The notes under the pieces are model-generated. The model saw only the letters and a program-made list of their open reading frames with translations, ran no database searches and was not told where the DNA came from. A stretch of DNA of 64,000 bases. It comes from Candidatus Calescibacterium sp. (GTDB taxonomy: Bacteria > DRYD01). The position numbers and the translations under genes were made by a program. Of the stretch, positions 8,626 through 18,205 are shown piece by piece (the stretch's first letter is position 1; the number at the start of each line of letters is the position of its first letter). The stretch is from assembly GCA_025057615.1 (NCBI GenBank), contig JANXBF010000003.1, positions 6,828-70,827 of the forward strand. Direction: 5' to 3'.

Positions 8626-9801
8626 TTACTCATAAATAACATTGATTTTCTTATTTGTCATAGGCAATTGTTTAACATACTGTACTTCCACTTTCAACAT
8701 ATTTTCTTCTATACCCTCTTTGAGTTGCCAATTAACTAATTTTAGCTTCTCTATAATTTCTGATTCGCTCATCTTTTTACACTCATCATTATTTTCTATT
8801 AGTATCGTTACCAAACTCTTACTCCTATTTATCTTCAATGAAATTTGAAATGGGTAAAGAGCTTTGGCAAAATCTTGATAATAAAAATCATAACTCGCCA
8901 ATCTTATCCAATCATCAAATCTGCCCATAAGCTCTATGGTCGGTCTACCACATGAACACTTAGGATCTACCCACTTCGCCAAATCACCAGTCCTATACCT
9001 TATAATCGGACATAAATATCTGTCAAGGTTGGTAACCACCACTTCTCCAATCTTCTCCTTCTCATTCAAAACAATTCCATTCTCTATATCTATTATCTCA
9101 ACAAACTGATGTTCAGTGAATATATGATGTTGATTAAAATCCAACATATCACATTGATAAGCTATAATATCAGCATCCACACTGGCATAACCACCAGATT
9201 TTATAATCTTGCAACCAATACTCATAAGAAACTTTATTTGATTTTCCAGAAAGCTCTCACCACCATAGTATACCTTGTTTAAAAAATTAGTCTTTTCAGA
9301 AACAACCTGAATTATCTGAGTAGGAATCCCAACAACACAATTAGGTCTAAAATACCCAAGATAATTTTTTATTAGTTCAATTGATGTTGTTCCAGAAATT
9401 GGTAATATAGTACATCTCAATTTTTCAAGAGCTCGGTTAACAGAAATAAATGAAGCCCACATGTTACCAGCCATAAAAAGATTCGCAACAACATCACTTT
9501 CCACTATACCATCATAGCACTTCGATAAATAAAAAGAAACCAATTCAAACTCATCAAAAGTATAAGCAACATACTTTGGCTTACCAGTAGTACCACCAGT
9601 ACTAAAAATATAACCAATCTTCAAATTCTTACTAACCAAACTCTTTGTTCCTGACAAACCAAACTCGTATATATCCTTACGAGTTAAAAATGGAATCTCA
9701 GAGTAATCACCTGATTTCACACAAACCTTCTTCAAAATTTTTGAATAAAAATCATTATTCTCTATGAGAAAATCAACCAACCTCCAAAACTTTTCATTCA
9801 T
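8626..9801 (-). CDS. Adenylate-forming enzyme, phenylacetate-CoA ligase / CapK / F390-synthetase-like
   Basis: Contains the AMP-binding P-loop STGGTTGKPKYV, YRTGDLA, and CSCGRPTIELMGRFDD, which is typical of the PaaK/CapK subgroup. Confidence 0.7.
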   Translation of the reverse strand: MNEKFWRLVDFLIENNDFYSKILKKVCVKSGDYSEIPFLTRKDIYEFGLSGTKSLVSKNLKIGYIFSTGGTTGKPKYVAYTFDEFELVSFYLSKCYDGIVESDVVANLFMAGNMWASFISVNRALEKLRCTILPISGTTSIELIKNYLGYFRPNCVVGIPTQIIQVVSEKTNFLNKVYYGGESFLENQIKFLMSIGCKIIKSGGYASVDADIIAYQCDMLDFNQHHIFTEHQFVEIIDIENGIVLNEKEKIGEVVVTNLDRYLCPIIRYRTGDLAKWVDPKCSCGRPTIELMGRFDDWIRLASYDFYYQDFAKALYPFQISLKINRSKSLVTILIENNDECKKMSESEIIEKLKLVNWQLKEGIEENMLKVEVQYVKQLPMTNKKINVIYE

Positions 9802-9804
9802 ATC

Positions 9805-10470
9805 TCAGTGGTAAAGCTTATGAACAACATTAATCTTATATATTCCAGTTATAAAAATTGAAACAAAAAAAATAACAAAAACTAAGAAAAAAGCCACATA
9901 ATAATAAAAACCTCTATTCAACATAAATAACACATTCAGTACCAATTTAACTATCTTATAAACATAAAATATAATAGCAAAAGCTGTTAAATACAACAAA
10001 TAAGGAATAGATACAAAAGTGACAGTAAATAGAAGGGAGCAATAAAGTTCCAACATAAATGTCTTATAAAAATACTCATTCTTATTAAAATTATAAGAGA
10101 TATTAGATGGTTTGAAAAGAAAAAACTCCACATACTGAAAAACTATCCCCAAAAAGAAACCCAAATAGAAACCAGTAAAATACCTAATTAAATTATTTGT
10201 TTCTCTCCATCCCGCATAAGAACTAACACCGTCAAGACCAAAAACCAACAAATGCACAAAAAACAATATGACAATTGGAATAATAGGCAACCTAAACAAA
10301 CTTTTATTATAAAAATATAAAGTATAGGAAAGAAGAAAACCTAAGTAAGTACCCGTATCTCTTGAACATACGAAAAATTGATAACCATCAAAGCTCTGGA
10401 AACTTCTTTCCGTTATCTGATGACAAAAAGGAGAAAATAGAGTAAAAAAGAAATCATAAACTTTTTCCAT
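9805..10470 (-). CDS. DUF2085-like polytopic membrane protein
   Basis: The N-terminal CHQITERSF ... CSRDTGTYLG pattern, followed by several TM helices, resembles DUF2085. Confidence 0.55.
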   Translation of the reverse strand: MEKVYDFFFTLFSPFCHQITERSFQSFDGYQFFVCSRDTGTYLGFLLSYTLYFYNKSLFRLPIIPIVILFFVHLLVFGLDGVSSYAGWRETNNLIRYFTGFYLGFFLGIVFQYVEFFLFKPSNISYNFNKNEYFYKTFMLELYCSLLFTVTFVSIPYLLYLTAFAIIFYVYKIVKLVLNVLFMLNRGFYYYVAFFLVFVIFFVSIFITGIYKINVVHKLYH

Positions 10471-10522
10471 ACCTCATAGATTGATTTCTATGGTTCCCAA
10501 AAGCAACCTTCATACAAATTAT

Positions 10523-10557
10523 TTAACAATAGAGAAAAAGTTTTTACATTTTTTACA
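10523..10557 (+). promoter_or_regulatory. Direct-repeat box variant: TTAACA-N14-TTTACA-TTT-TTTACA
   Basis: It lies 59 nt upstream of the ATG at 10616, in the same orientation relative to the gene as the other copies. The spacer is shorter (T3). Confidence 0.4.
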
Positions 10558-10615
10558 AAAAGATAGTTTTTCACAAAATTCAAATACTTAATAATAAATC
10601 AAGGAGGTGATTTAA

Positions 10616-11236
10616 ATGTCAGAAATAAGTTCAGTAGGTTCTGGAGCATCAAATGTAAGCCATGCCTCAAGTAGCGCTCCGACACAAGCAAGCAGCACGT
10701 CAACACAAGAAACTTCTGGAGCCAGTGAAAGTAGAAATCAAACAGAAACAAGAGAAAACAATGAAAATCTAAAAGATAAAGATAAAACAGAAAAAAATGA
10801 TGACAAGAAAAAACTTCAAGAAGAAATAGAAAAATTGAAAAAAGAATTAGAAGAACTAAAAAAACAACTTCAAAATCAACCTAGAAGCAGCGGAGGAAGC
10901 TGTTCTAGACCAAGTCAGCAACCACAACAAGCACAAAATAACCCCAATCAAAATCAAAATGACCCAAATCAATTAATAATCCAAGATATATTAATGGTTC
11001 TACAAGCCCTCCAAAACGGTGGCCAAGGGCTACAACAAGCAGTCCAAAAACTACAACAGGATTACATGATGATTAAATCCATGAAATTACCTCTAAAACC
11101 AGAAGTAGAACAAATGGCCCTACAAATACTCCAGCAATATGGAGGACAAGCAGGTATAGCTCATGGAATAAACCAAACACAAGCTATTAACCCATTAGGT
11201 CAATCATTAGGAGCAAACATAGGCAGAGCTTTTTAA
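10616..11236 (+). CDS. Low-complexity hypothetical protein: S/T-rich N-terminus, charged coiled coil, Q/N-rich C-terminal half
   Basis: The RBS is strong (AAGGAGGTGATTTAAATG). The sequence runs MSEISSVGSGASNVSHASSSAPTQASSTSTQETSGASE, then KKKLQEEIEKLKKELEELKKQLQ, then a Q/N-rich segment. There is no signal peptide or TM segment. Confidence 0.7.
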   Translation: MSEISSVGSGASNVSHASSSAPTQASSTSTQETSGASESRNQTETRENNENLKDKDKTEKNDDKKKLQEEIEKLKKELEELKKQLQNQPRSSGGSCSRPSQQPQQAQNNPNQNQNDPNQLIIQDILMVLQALQNGGQGLQQAVQKLQQDYMMIKSMKLPLKPEVEQMALQILQQYGGQAGIAHGINQTQAINPLGQSLGANIGRAF

Positions 11237-11282
11237 TATCAAAAAATCAACATCTAGAAAGTTTGAGATTATGGCAACTACA

Positions 11283-11303
11283 GGGGGGTATTTGACCCCC
11301 CCC
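11283..11303. terminator. Bidirectional hairpin terminator (GGGGGG-TATTTGA-CCCCCC(CC)) between convergent genes
   Basis: A perfect G6/C6 stem lies between the convergent genes ending at 11236 and 11303. It overlaps the stop codon of the minus-strand gene. Confidence 0.6.
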
Positions 11304-12253
11304 TATATTATTTTTTCTAATTTGTCCAGCTTGTTTAAATCTGAATACCTCAAAACCAAAGACTTTGAATAGTTAGAGAAAGGCCACCATCTTACTACCC
11401 TGTATTCAAAACCCTTGTCAGGAAAAAAAGAAACAACGTAAGGAACATTCAAAAAAGCAGCTAAATGAACAGGACCAGTATCAAAACCAACAAATAAAAA
11501 ACTATCAAAACATAAATCTATATAATCATTTATATTGTCTATAAATATTTTTTCTGTTTTAGCCCAAAAACTATCCCAATATTTTTTTTCATAGGGACCA
11601 AAAGTAACAACCAAATCACCTTTGGATTTTAAATAATCAACCAATCTATAATAATCACTAAAAGTAGCACCAAGTTGTAAAGACTTATAAGTAAAATGTA
11701 AAACCACTTTTCTCCTTTGCAAAACATCCCTCTTCCTACAATAAACCTCATAATTATATAATTCCAGGATTTTTTTATCATCTAATGATAAGTAGTTTAT
11801 ATCAAGATTCAAATGACTAAGGGAATGCAAAACAAAATTGAAAGTATTGAGTATATCATGACCCTTAAAAATTTCTTCAAAATCAATAAAAAAATATTTT
11901 TTCCCCAAAACCAATTTCAGAATTTTAAAAACCAACTTAGAGGAATAAGAAGAAATGAATTTGTAACCCGAGTTTACTTTCAAAATAGCTTTCAAGTGCT
12001 CGAATGACCTAACTTTTCCCCAAGGCCCCAAAAATAAAGCAACATCAAAATAATTACCACCTAATTGATGAATATTTTTTACATTAACAGTAGATAATCT
12101 CTCTTCCCTTATCAGATAGCTTGCCAACTTATCATGATTTGTAACCCAAATTATTTTTTCGATATCTTTAACATAATTCAAAAGAAAAGCCACAGTGGGT
12201 ATTGTAAACAATGTATCACCAAGACCATCATCCCTGTAAAATAGTATTTTCAT
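11303..12253 (-). CDS. Glycosyltransferase family 9 (LPS heptosyltransferase-like)
   Basis: The N-terminus MKILFYRDDGLGDTLFTIPT and the C-terminal GFDTGPVHLAA are typical of GT9. Confidence 0.65.
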   Translation of the reverse strand: MKILFYRDDGLGDTLFTIPTVAFLLNYVKDIEKIIWVTNHDKLASYLIREERLSTVNVKNIHQLGGNYFDVALFLGPWGKVRSFEHLKAILKVNSGYKFISSYSSKLVFKILKLVLGKKYFFIDFEEIFKGHDILNTFNFVLHSLSHLNLDINYLSLDDKKILELYNYEVYCRKRDVLQRRKVVLHFTYKSLQLGATFSDYYRLVDYLKSKGDLVVTFGPYEKKYWDSFWAKTEKIFIDNINDYIDLCFDSFLFVGFDTGPVHLAAFLNVPYVVSFFPDKGFEYRVVRWWPFSNYSKSLVLRYSDLNKLDKLEKII

Positions 12254-13274
12254 TTCTTCTAAGTTTTTCTAACTCTTTTAATTCTTCTGTCATCATTATT
12301 TCAATCAATTTATCAAATTTGACTTTTGGCTCCCATCCCAAAACATTCTTAGCTTTAGAGTAGTCACCAACAAGGAAATCAACTTCAGAAGGTCTATAGT
12401 ATTGCTTATCTGTAACCACCCTGATATTACCATTTTTATCCAACGCTATAAATCTTCCATCTTTTTCTTCCCACCTTAAATACATATCAATAAAAGAAAA
12501 AGCTTTTTCAATCAATTCCTTAACACTATGTGATTCCCCAGTAGCTAAAACAAAATCTTCAGGAACATTGTGATTCATCATGAGATACATTCCATAAACA
12601 TACTCAGGGGCATATCCCCAATCACGCTTAGCTTCTATATTACCTATTTCCAATTTTTCTAATAACCCCAGCTTTATCTTCGAAACACTATTAACAACTT
12701 TTTTTGTCACAAATTCAATAGACCTCAACGGAGATTCATGATTAAACAAAATACCACACACATTAAACATATCATAAGCTTCCCTATAATTCACAGTTAT
12801 CCAGTGTGCAAACAATTTAGAAACACCATAAGGACTACGAGGATAAAAAGGCGTGGTCTCTTTTTGAGGTATCTCTATAACTTTACCAAACAATTCAGAA
12901 GTTGAAGCCTGATAAAACTTGGTATCCTTAGAAAACATCCTGATGGCCTCCAGAATTCTTAAAACACCCAAAGAATTAACATTTGAAGTAAGAATTGGTT
13001 GCTTAAAGGAAGCATGAACAAAACTCTGAGCGGCAAGATTATAAATCTGATCAAATCTGTGTTCTCTTATAACTTCAGCAACATTACTATCTTCAAGTAA
13101 ATCCATATATATTATTTTCACTTTATCCTTTATTTTGAGTTTTTCAAGTCTCCAATATGAAGCATCGGAGCTTCTTCTATCTGCTCCGTAAACTTCATAC
13201 CCTTCTTCCAAAAGAAGCTTTGCCAAATAAGCACCATCCTGCCCTCTGATTCCTGTAATCAAAACCTTTTTCAT
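12228..13274 (-). CDS. gmd: GDP-mannose 4,6-dehydratase
   Basis: MKKVLITGIRGQDGAYLAKLLLEEGYEVYG, YGVSKLFAHW and NHESPLRS form the canonical Gmd SDR signature. Confidence 0.9.
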   Translation of the reverse strand: MKKVLITGIRGQDGAYLAKLLLEEGYEVYGADRRSSDASYWRLEKLKIKDKVKIIYMDLLEDSNVAEVIREHRFDQIYNLAAQSFVHASFKQPILTSNVNSLGVLRILEAIRMFSKDTKFYQASTSELFGKVIEIPQKETTPFYPRSPYGVSKLFAHWITVNYREAYDMFNVCGILFNHESPLRSIEFVTKKVVNSVSKIKLGLLEKLEIGNIEAKRDWGYAPEYVYGMYLMMNHNVPEDFVLATGESHSVKELIEKAFSFIDMYLRWEEKDGRFIALDKNGNIRVVTDKQYYRPSEVDFLVGDYSKAKNVLGWEPKVKFDKLIEIMMTEELKELEKLRRNENTILQG

Positions 13275-13282
13275 GACCCCTC

Positions 13283-14212
13283 CTAAACAGCTATTTTATC
13301 CTTAATAGATTTGACATATTCAAAAGCTCTAATAGCAGCAATAGCGCCGTCAGAAGCAGAAGTAACTAACTGTTTCTCACTTCCACTCCTTACATCTCCT
13401 GCCGCAAAAATTCCATCCGTCCTGGTTCTCATATGCTCATCCGTTTTTATAAATCCATACTCATCCAAATCAACAAGATCCTTATAAATACCAGTCTTTG
13501 TTTCAAATCCAATAAAAATGAAAATTCCATCCACAAATAATTTAGATATTTCTCCAGTTTTTACATTTCTAATAACCAGATGATCAACACTATTGTTACC
13601 TTTAATTTCTTCAACAATAGTATTCCAAATTATTTCAACATTAGGTAATCCCAAGACTTTATCTTGAAGATACTTAAATCCCCTAAATTGGTCTCTTCTG
13701 TGTATTAAGTAAACTTTCTTGGCGATATTAGCCAAATATGGAGTTTCCTGTAAAGCACTGTTTCCTCCGCCGACAACTGCCAGAACCTTTCCTTTAAAAA
13801 ATGGCCCATCACAAAGAGCACAGTAAGAAACCCCCCTACCCGCAAATTCCTGCTCACCAGGAACATTCAGCTTCTTATGTGTCATCCCCGCTGTTATTAT
13901 TAAACTCAAAGACTTATAAACCCCATTCGATGTAGTTATATTTATTAATACACCATCGGTTTTTATCTGCTCAACCTCCTCAAGAGTATTTATCTTTGCC
14001 CCAGCAATTTGTGCTTGCTTGGTCATAATATCTGCTATCTGAGGCCCAGATACGCTTATATATCCCGGATAATTCTCTATTTCATTCGTCAAAAGCAGTT
14101 GTCCACCAGGTAATTGCTTCTCAAATACAATAACACTAAGGCCCAACCTAGCAGCATACATAGCAGCAGTCAGTCCTGCTGCTCCAGCACCAACTATAGC
14201 ACAATCGTACAT
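13283..14212 (-). CDS. trxB: Thioredoxin-disulfide reductase
   Basis: Contains an FAD motif (IVGAGAAGLTAA), the redox-active CALCDG motif and the NADPH motif VVGGGNSA. Confidence 0.9.
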   Translation of the reverse strand: MYDCAIVGAGAAGLTAAMYAARLGLSVIVFEKQLPGGQLLLTNEIENYPGYISVSGPQIADIMTKQAQIAGAKINTLEEVEQIKTDGVLINITTSNGVYKSLSLIITAGMTHKKLNVPGEQEFAGRGVSYCALCDGPFFKGKVLAVVGGGNSALQETPYLANIAKKVYLIHRRDQFRGFKYLQDKVLGLPNVEIIWNTIVEEIKGNNSVDHLVIRNVKTGEISKLFVDGIFIFIGFETKTGIYKDLVDLDEYGFIKTDEHMRTRTDGIFAAGDVRSGSEKQLVTSASDGAIAAIRAFEYVKSIKDKIAV

Positions 14213-14239
14213 ACTTGCTCACCCCTTCCATCATTAAAA

Positions 14240-17200
14240 CTAAATCAACTTAATAAAAACAAGAGTTATATCATCCGGAGGATTAGATAAAGGACTAGAA
14301 CTGAATTTCATAACCTCAATATAAACTCTGTCAGTCAACTCCTTAACATCCTGAGTAACTGAAGAAACATTCTTAATTAAATCCAAAAGTCTACTTCTAC
14401 CAAAACTCTCTGAATTCTCATTCTTTATATCAATCACCCCATCGGTATACAAAAACAAAATATCTCCTGAATCCAACTCATAATCAGATATTTTATACTC
14501 ATAGTATTCGTCTATACATAGTGGGATATCCTTCGTTGAAAGAATATCTATATGGCCATTTTTCTTAATAACAAACAAAGGTTCATGGCCAGCTGTCAAA
14601 TATTGACAATAGACTTTATCCTTTCGACGGTATATATTTATCGCAATCATTGTTATAAATGTATTATCAGAGACTGTAACAGAAAGTATTTTATTAAGCT
14701 CATTTACAGCAATCTCAAAATTATCCAATGAATGAAATAAAGACTTAGCGGCAAATTTGGCCTGTGCAGTATATATAGCAGATTTAGCACCTTTACCAGA
14801 AACATCAGCAACTATAACAATCAGGTTATCCTTTTTATCTATAAGCTCAACCCAATCAGCAGTTATCTCTCTTGAAGCAACATGCTTATAATTGAAGTCT
14901 ATCCCCTTCTTATGTAAATTTCTCCTATCTATCCGTGTGATAAGAGACTGCCTTATTATGTTGGACACTTCAACCTGTTCCTGCATTATCATAGAATTTT
15001 TCAAAGGAGTAGCCAAAGCATAAGGAATATTAGTTAATATCCAGATTAACGTATCATTAATATTATCTCGGGTAAAACCCATTATTATATACCCCAAAAC
15101 CTCCCTCAAATAAACAATTGGAATAACAAATACCTGTTTAACATCATAAAAAATTTTTGAAATCTCACTCCATATCTTCTTATAGTTCTTATCACTAAGT
15201 ACGTTTTTCTGATTTATATTAACTACGTTAGTACCAATAAAACCCAGAGTTTTTATAAGTAAACTGTAATCTATGTTCAATTCTTTCGGTTTAGTGTATA
15301 TGAACTCAAAACTATGATATTTTTTTACAGTAAAAAGAAAGATTTCAGGTTTGAGTAATTCCTCCAAAAATTCACGGGCATTCATAACAACATTATAAGG
15401 ATCCAAAACTGATGTAACAATCCTCAGAAAATTATACAGTATATCCGTAGCTTTGAGTCTTTCTTCTAAAAAAGAATAAATAGAAGCATTCTCAAAAAAT
15501 ATACTAAAATGATTCGCTAAACTGTAAAGTAAATCAATATACTCCTGTTCAAACCTATTTGACAAGCTAAAAACAAGAAGAACAGGCTGTAAATCAGAAA
15601 CTTCTATCTTAATAGGTAAAATTAATAAGCTCTTCAAGTTTGACTTCTTTACAAAATCATAAATATTAATGTTATCAAAAAAAAGCTCAAGATTATTAAT
15701 AAGAATGGGTTTGAAAACACCTCTACTAGTCAATTCAACACTTTCCTTTACCTTATTAATAATCAAACTTGGAAGATTATTAATTACAGTTAAAACCAAG
15801 CTTTTATAATGCTCCAAAGTCTTAACCAATTGAATATTACCATTTCTATAGTAACCAAAAACAGGTAAAGAATAACTAACAAGATTATTAATCTCTTTCA
15901 CAATATTACCTATGAGAACATTTATATCCCTTATGGAAGAGTAATCAAAAATTACCCTGTTTATTATTTTGCTTTCATTAGATTTTGATAACAATTTCTC
16001 ATATGCAGCGACTCTGGAAAAAACATAAGAAAATAAAACAGATAAATGATTAGACAGAATATCCAAAATAGTCTGATAGTTAACCCAAAACTGATATCTA
16101 ACATTAAATATTATGAGAGCACTAATATTATTTCTGTCCAAAATAGGTATTATTACGTAAGGACGCTGGAAAATTAGATCAAAGAATCTCACCAGATCAC
16201 TTTTTTGATCATCTTCTCTAAAAACAATCAAAGACTTATATGAAGCAAACTTCTGATACAAATCATCAGATATAATTGTCAAAGACAATTCTGAAGCCTC
16301 AACAAAATTCAGAAGCTTCGAATTCGTAATCTTAACATAAGAAGGTTTAAAAATCTCACCCTTTGTCTTCTGAAATATCACAAAATCACAACCCGAAAAC
16401 ATATCGTTAACAATACCAAAAAGCATCTGATATAACTCTTCAAACGAATTAACCTCGGATAGCTTAGCAGATCCAATAAACAGTTTTTCCAAAAAAGTGT
16501 TCTTTATAGCCAGTTGCTCAAAAAGGTTTCTCGTTTCCAAAGCTGTAGCTATATTGCTCGTAACAGTAGATACAAAATCTAAATCTATACTGGACAATTC
16601 AGTCTCTTTAGAAAACAAAAGTATAAAAATACCAGTTCCTATAACAGGAATAGAAAACCTTTTTACAAACGCACTTTTTAGATGCCTTAAATAAACATTC
16701 TCTATCTTTATTATCTCACCCTCAGTATAAAATAAATCAAATTTCTTTTCAATAGTATTTTTAAGCTCAGGAATAATAAAATTCAATTCCTGTTCTATTA
16801 ATTTATTGGAAGTAGTATATACAACTTTGTTTCTAAAAAATATCAAACAAGCACTACAAAGAACCAATTCCTGCGTTATCTGACAAATTATCTTCAATAT
16901 AACATCCTCCGATAAAGAAGACAACATAGCTTTTGAAATATCATAAAAAGCTCTCCTGTATGCATTGAACTTAACCCCAATATACTTCAATTCCGAAATA
17001 GAATTATACAACTCCTTAAAAGAAAGAAATATAAAAATAACATATTTTAAATTCTGAATAATAATAGAAGCCAACTCTCTACTGCACTTAACATTCATAA
17101 CAATATAGCCAATAATTTCTTCTTTCAAACCAATCGGAAAAATCAGCTTATCATTTGAATCAACCAATTCCTGAGAAAAGTATATCTCATCCGCTAAACC

Positions 17201-17344
17201 ACAACTTTTGACTATTTCAAAACATTGATCTAAAAATTCGTTTAAACTGATCCTCTGAATATTCTCTGTTTCAACAAGCCGCTCTAATAAATCATCCAAG
17301 CCCTTTATAATTTTCTCAATACATATTAATTCCATAAATACCAT
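14240..17344 (-). CDS. Large cytoplasmic sensor phosphatase: ~750-aa N-terminal GAF-like repeat region plus C-terminal PP2C/SpoIIE domain
   Basis: The C-terminal ~220 aa (ADWVELI...VIVADVSGKGAKSAIYTAQ...YLTAGHEP...LYTDGV...DDITLVFIKL) match SpoIIE/RsbU-type PP2C. The N-terminal region is called GAF-like only by its repeated ~150-aa periodicity. Confidence 0.7.
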   Translation of the reverse strand: MVFMELICIEKIIKGLDDLLERLVETENIQRISLNEFLDQCFEIVKSCGLADEIYFSQELVDSNDKLIFPIGLKEEIIGYIVMNVKCSRELASIIIQNLKYVIFIFLSFKELYNSISELKYIGVKFNAYRRAFYDISKAMLSSLSEDVILKIICQITQELVLCSACLIFFRNKVVYTTSNKLIEQELNFIIPELKNTIEKKFDLFYTEGEIIKIENVYLRHLKSAFVKRFSIPVIGTGIFILLFSKETELSSIDLDFVSTVTSNIATALETRNLFEQLAIKNTFLEKLFIGSAKLSEVNSFEELYQMLFGIVNDMFSGCDFVIFQKTKGEIFKPSYVKITNSKLLNFVEASELSLTIISDDLYQKFASYKSLIVFREDDQKSDLVRFFDLIFQRPYVIIPILDRNNISALIIFNVRYQFWVNYQTILDILSNHLSVLFSYVFSRVAAYEKLLSKSNESKIINRVIFDYSSIRDINVLIGNIVKEINNLVSYSLPVFGYYRNGNIQLVKTLEHYKSLVLTVINNLPSLIINKVKESVELTSRGVFKPILINNLELFFDNINIYDFVKKSNLKSLLILPIKIEVSDLQPVLLVFSLSNRFEQEYIDLLYSLANHFSIFFENASIYSFLEERLKATDILYNFLRIVTSVLDPYNVVMNAREFLEELLKPEIFLFTVKKYHSFEFIYTKPKELNIDYSLLIKTLGFIGTNVVNINQKNVLSDKNYKKIWSEISKIFYDVKQVFVIPIVYLREVLGYIIMGFTRDNINDTLIWILTNIPYALATPLKNSMIMQEQVEVSNIIRQSLITRIDRRNLHKKGIDFNYKHVASREITADWVELIDKKDNLIVIVADVSGKGAKSAIYTAQAKFAAKSLFHSLDNFEIAVNELNKILSVTVSDNTFITMIAINIYRRKDKVYCQYLTAGHEPLFVIKKNGHIDILSTKDIPLCIDEYYEYKISDYELDSGDILFLYTDGVIDIKNENSESFGRSRLLDLIKNVSSVTQDVKELTDRVYIEVMKFSSSPLSNPPDDITLVFIKLI

Positions 17345-17428
17345 CCCAAAACGTAAAAAAGCACAAACTTATTATTAGTATTTGATGTCAATATATTCCT
17401 CCATTAAAATTAAATTTATGTAAACCTA

Positions 17429-18205
17429 TCATACCTGACAGGTTGAACAATAGTAGGTTATCCTATCTTGAATCTTTATAGTTTTAACTTTTGATGAACA
17501 GAGAGGACAGAACTTCTTTCCATATATCCTGTGATAATTTTGATACTCACCTTTGTTACCAAAAGCATCAATATAATCACTGATAGTTGAACCCCTTTTG
17601 TTAACAGCCAAATCAATAATATCTTTAAGACTATTATACAGTCTGTAGTACTCTTGAACAGTAATATTCTTTGTACTCCTGGTAGGCAGAATTCTGGAAT
17701 CAAACAGAGCTTCGCAAGCATATATGTTACCTATACCAGCAATAACCTTCTGATCCATTAAAACAACTTTTATATTTTTATTATGTTTTGACATAATTTT
17801 TACAAAATCAACAGGCTTAACACTCCTAAAATCAGGGCCATACTTATCAAATGGATACTCATTATATAATATCATCTTTTCAAACATTCTTTTAGCACCA
17901 AAAACAACAACATTATCATCAAAGTAAAACTCAGCAATAGAATGTTCAAACAACTCTCTACGTGGATTGACAACAAGGTATCCCGTCAAAGCCAAATGGA
18001 AAACAACCCAATAATTGGGAAACATAAAATATACCATCTTGCCATAATTATTTACCTCAATACACTCCAATCCAATTATATCCTTAATTAAATCTCCATT
18101 CTTTACAATGCTATTCCTTTTTATTATTAACTTTCTAAGGACAGAACCATTAATATAAGTAGATAGTTGACTGGAAATAGTAGTAGCTTCAGGAAGTTCG
18201 GGCAT
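17429..18205 (-). CDS. mutM: Formamidopyrimidine-DNA glycosylase
   Basis: The catalytic N-terminus MPELPE, the H2TH region (IAGIGNIYACEALF) and a C-terminal zinc finger (CPLC...CSTCQ) are all present. Confidence 0.85.
   Translation of the reverse strand: MPELPEATTISSQLSTYINGSVLRKLIIKRNSIVKNGDLIKDIIGLECIEVNNYGKMVYFMFPNYWVVFHLALTGYLVVNPRRELFEHSIAEFYFDDNVVVFGAKRMFEKMILYNEYPFDKYGPDFRSVKPVDFVKIMSKHNKNIKVVLMDQKVIAGIGNIYACEALFDSRILPTRSTKNITVQEYYRLYNSLKDIIDLAVNKRGSTISDYIDAFGNKGEYQNYHRIYGKKFCPLCSSKVKTIKIQDRITYYCSTCQV

Noticed and set aside
17476-17721. An 81-aa same-strand, out-of-frame ORF inside mutM
   Set aside because: It is embedded in a well-supported Fpg coding frame that contains the zinc finger. 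There is no independent RBS or family resemblance.
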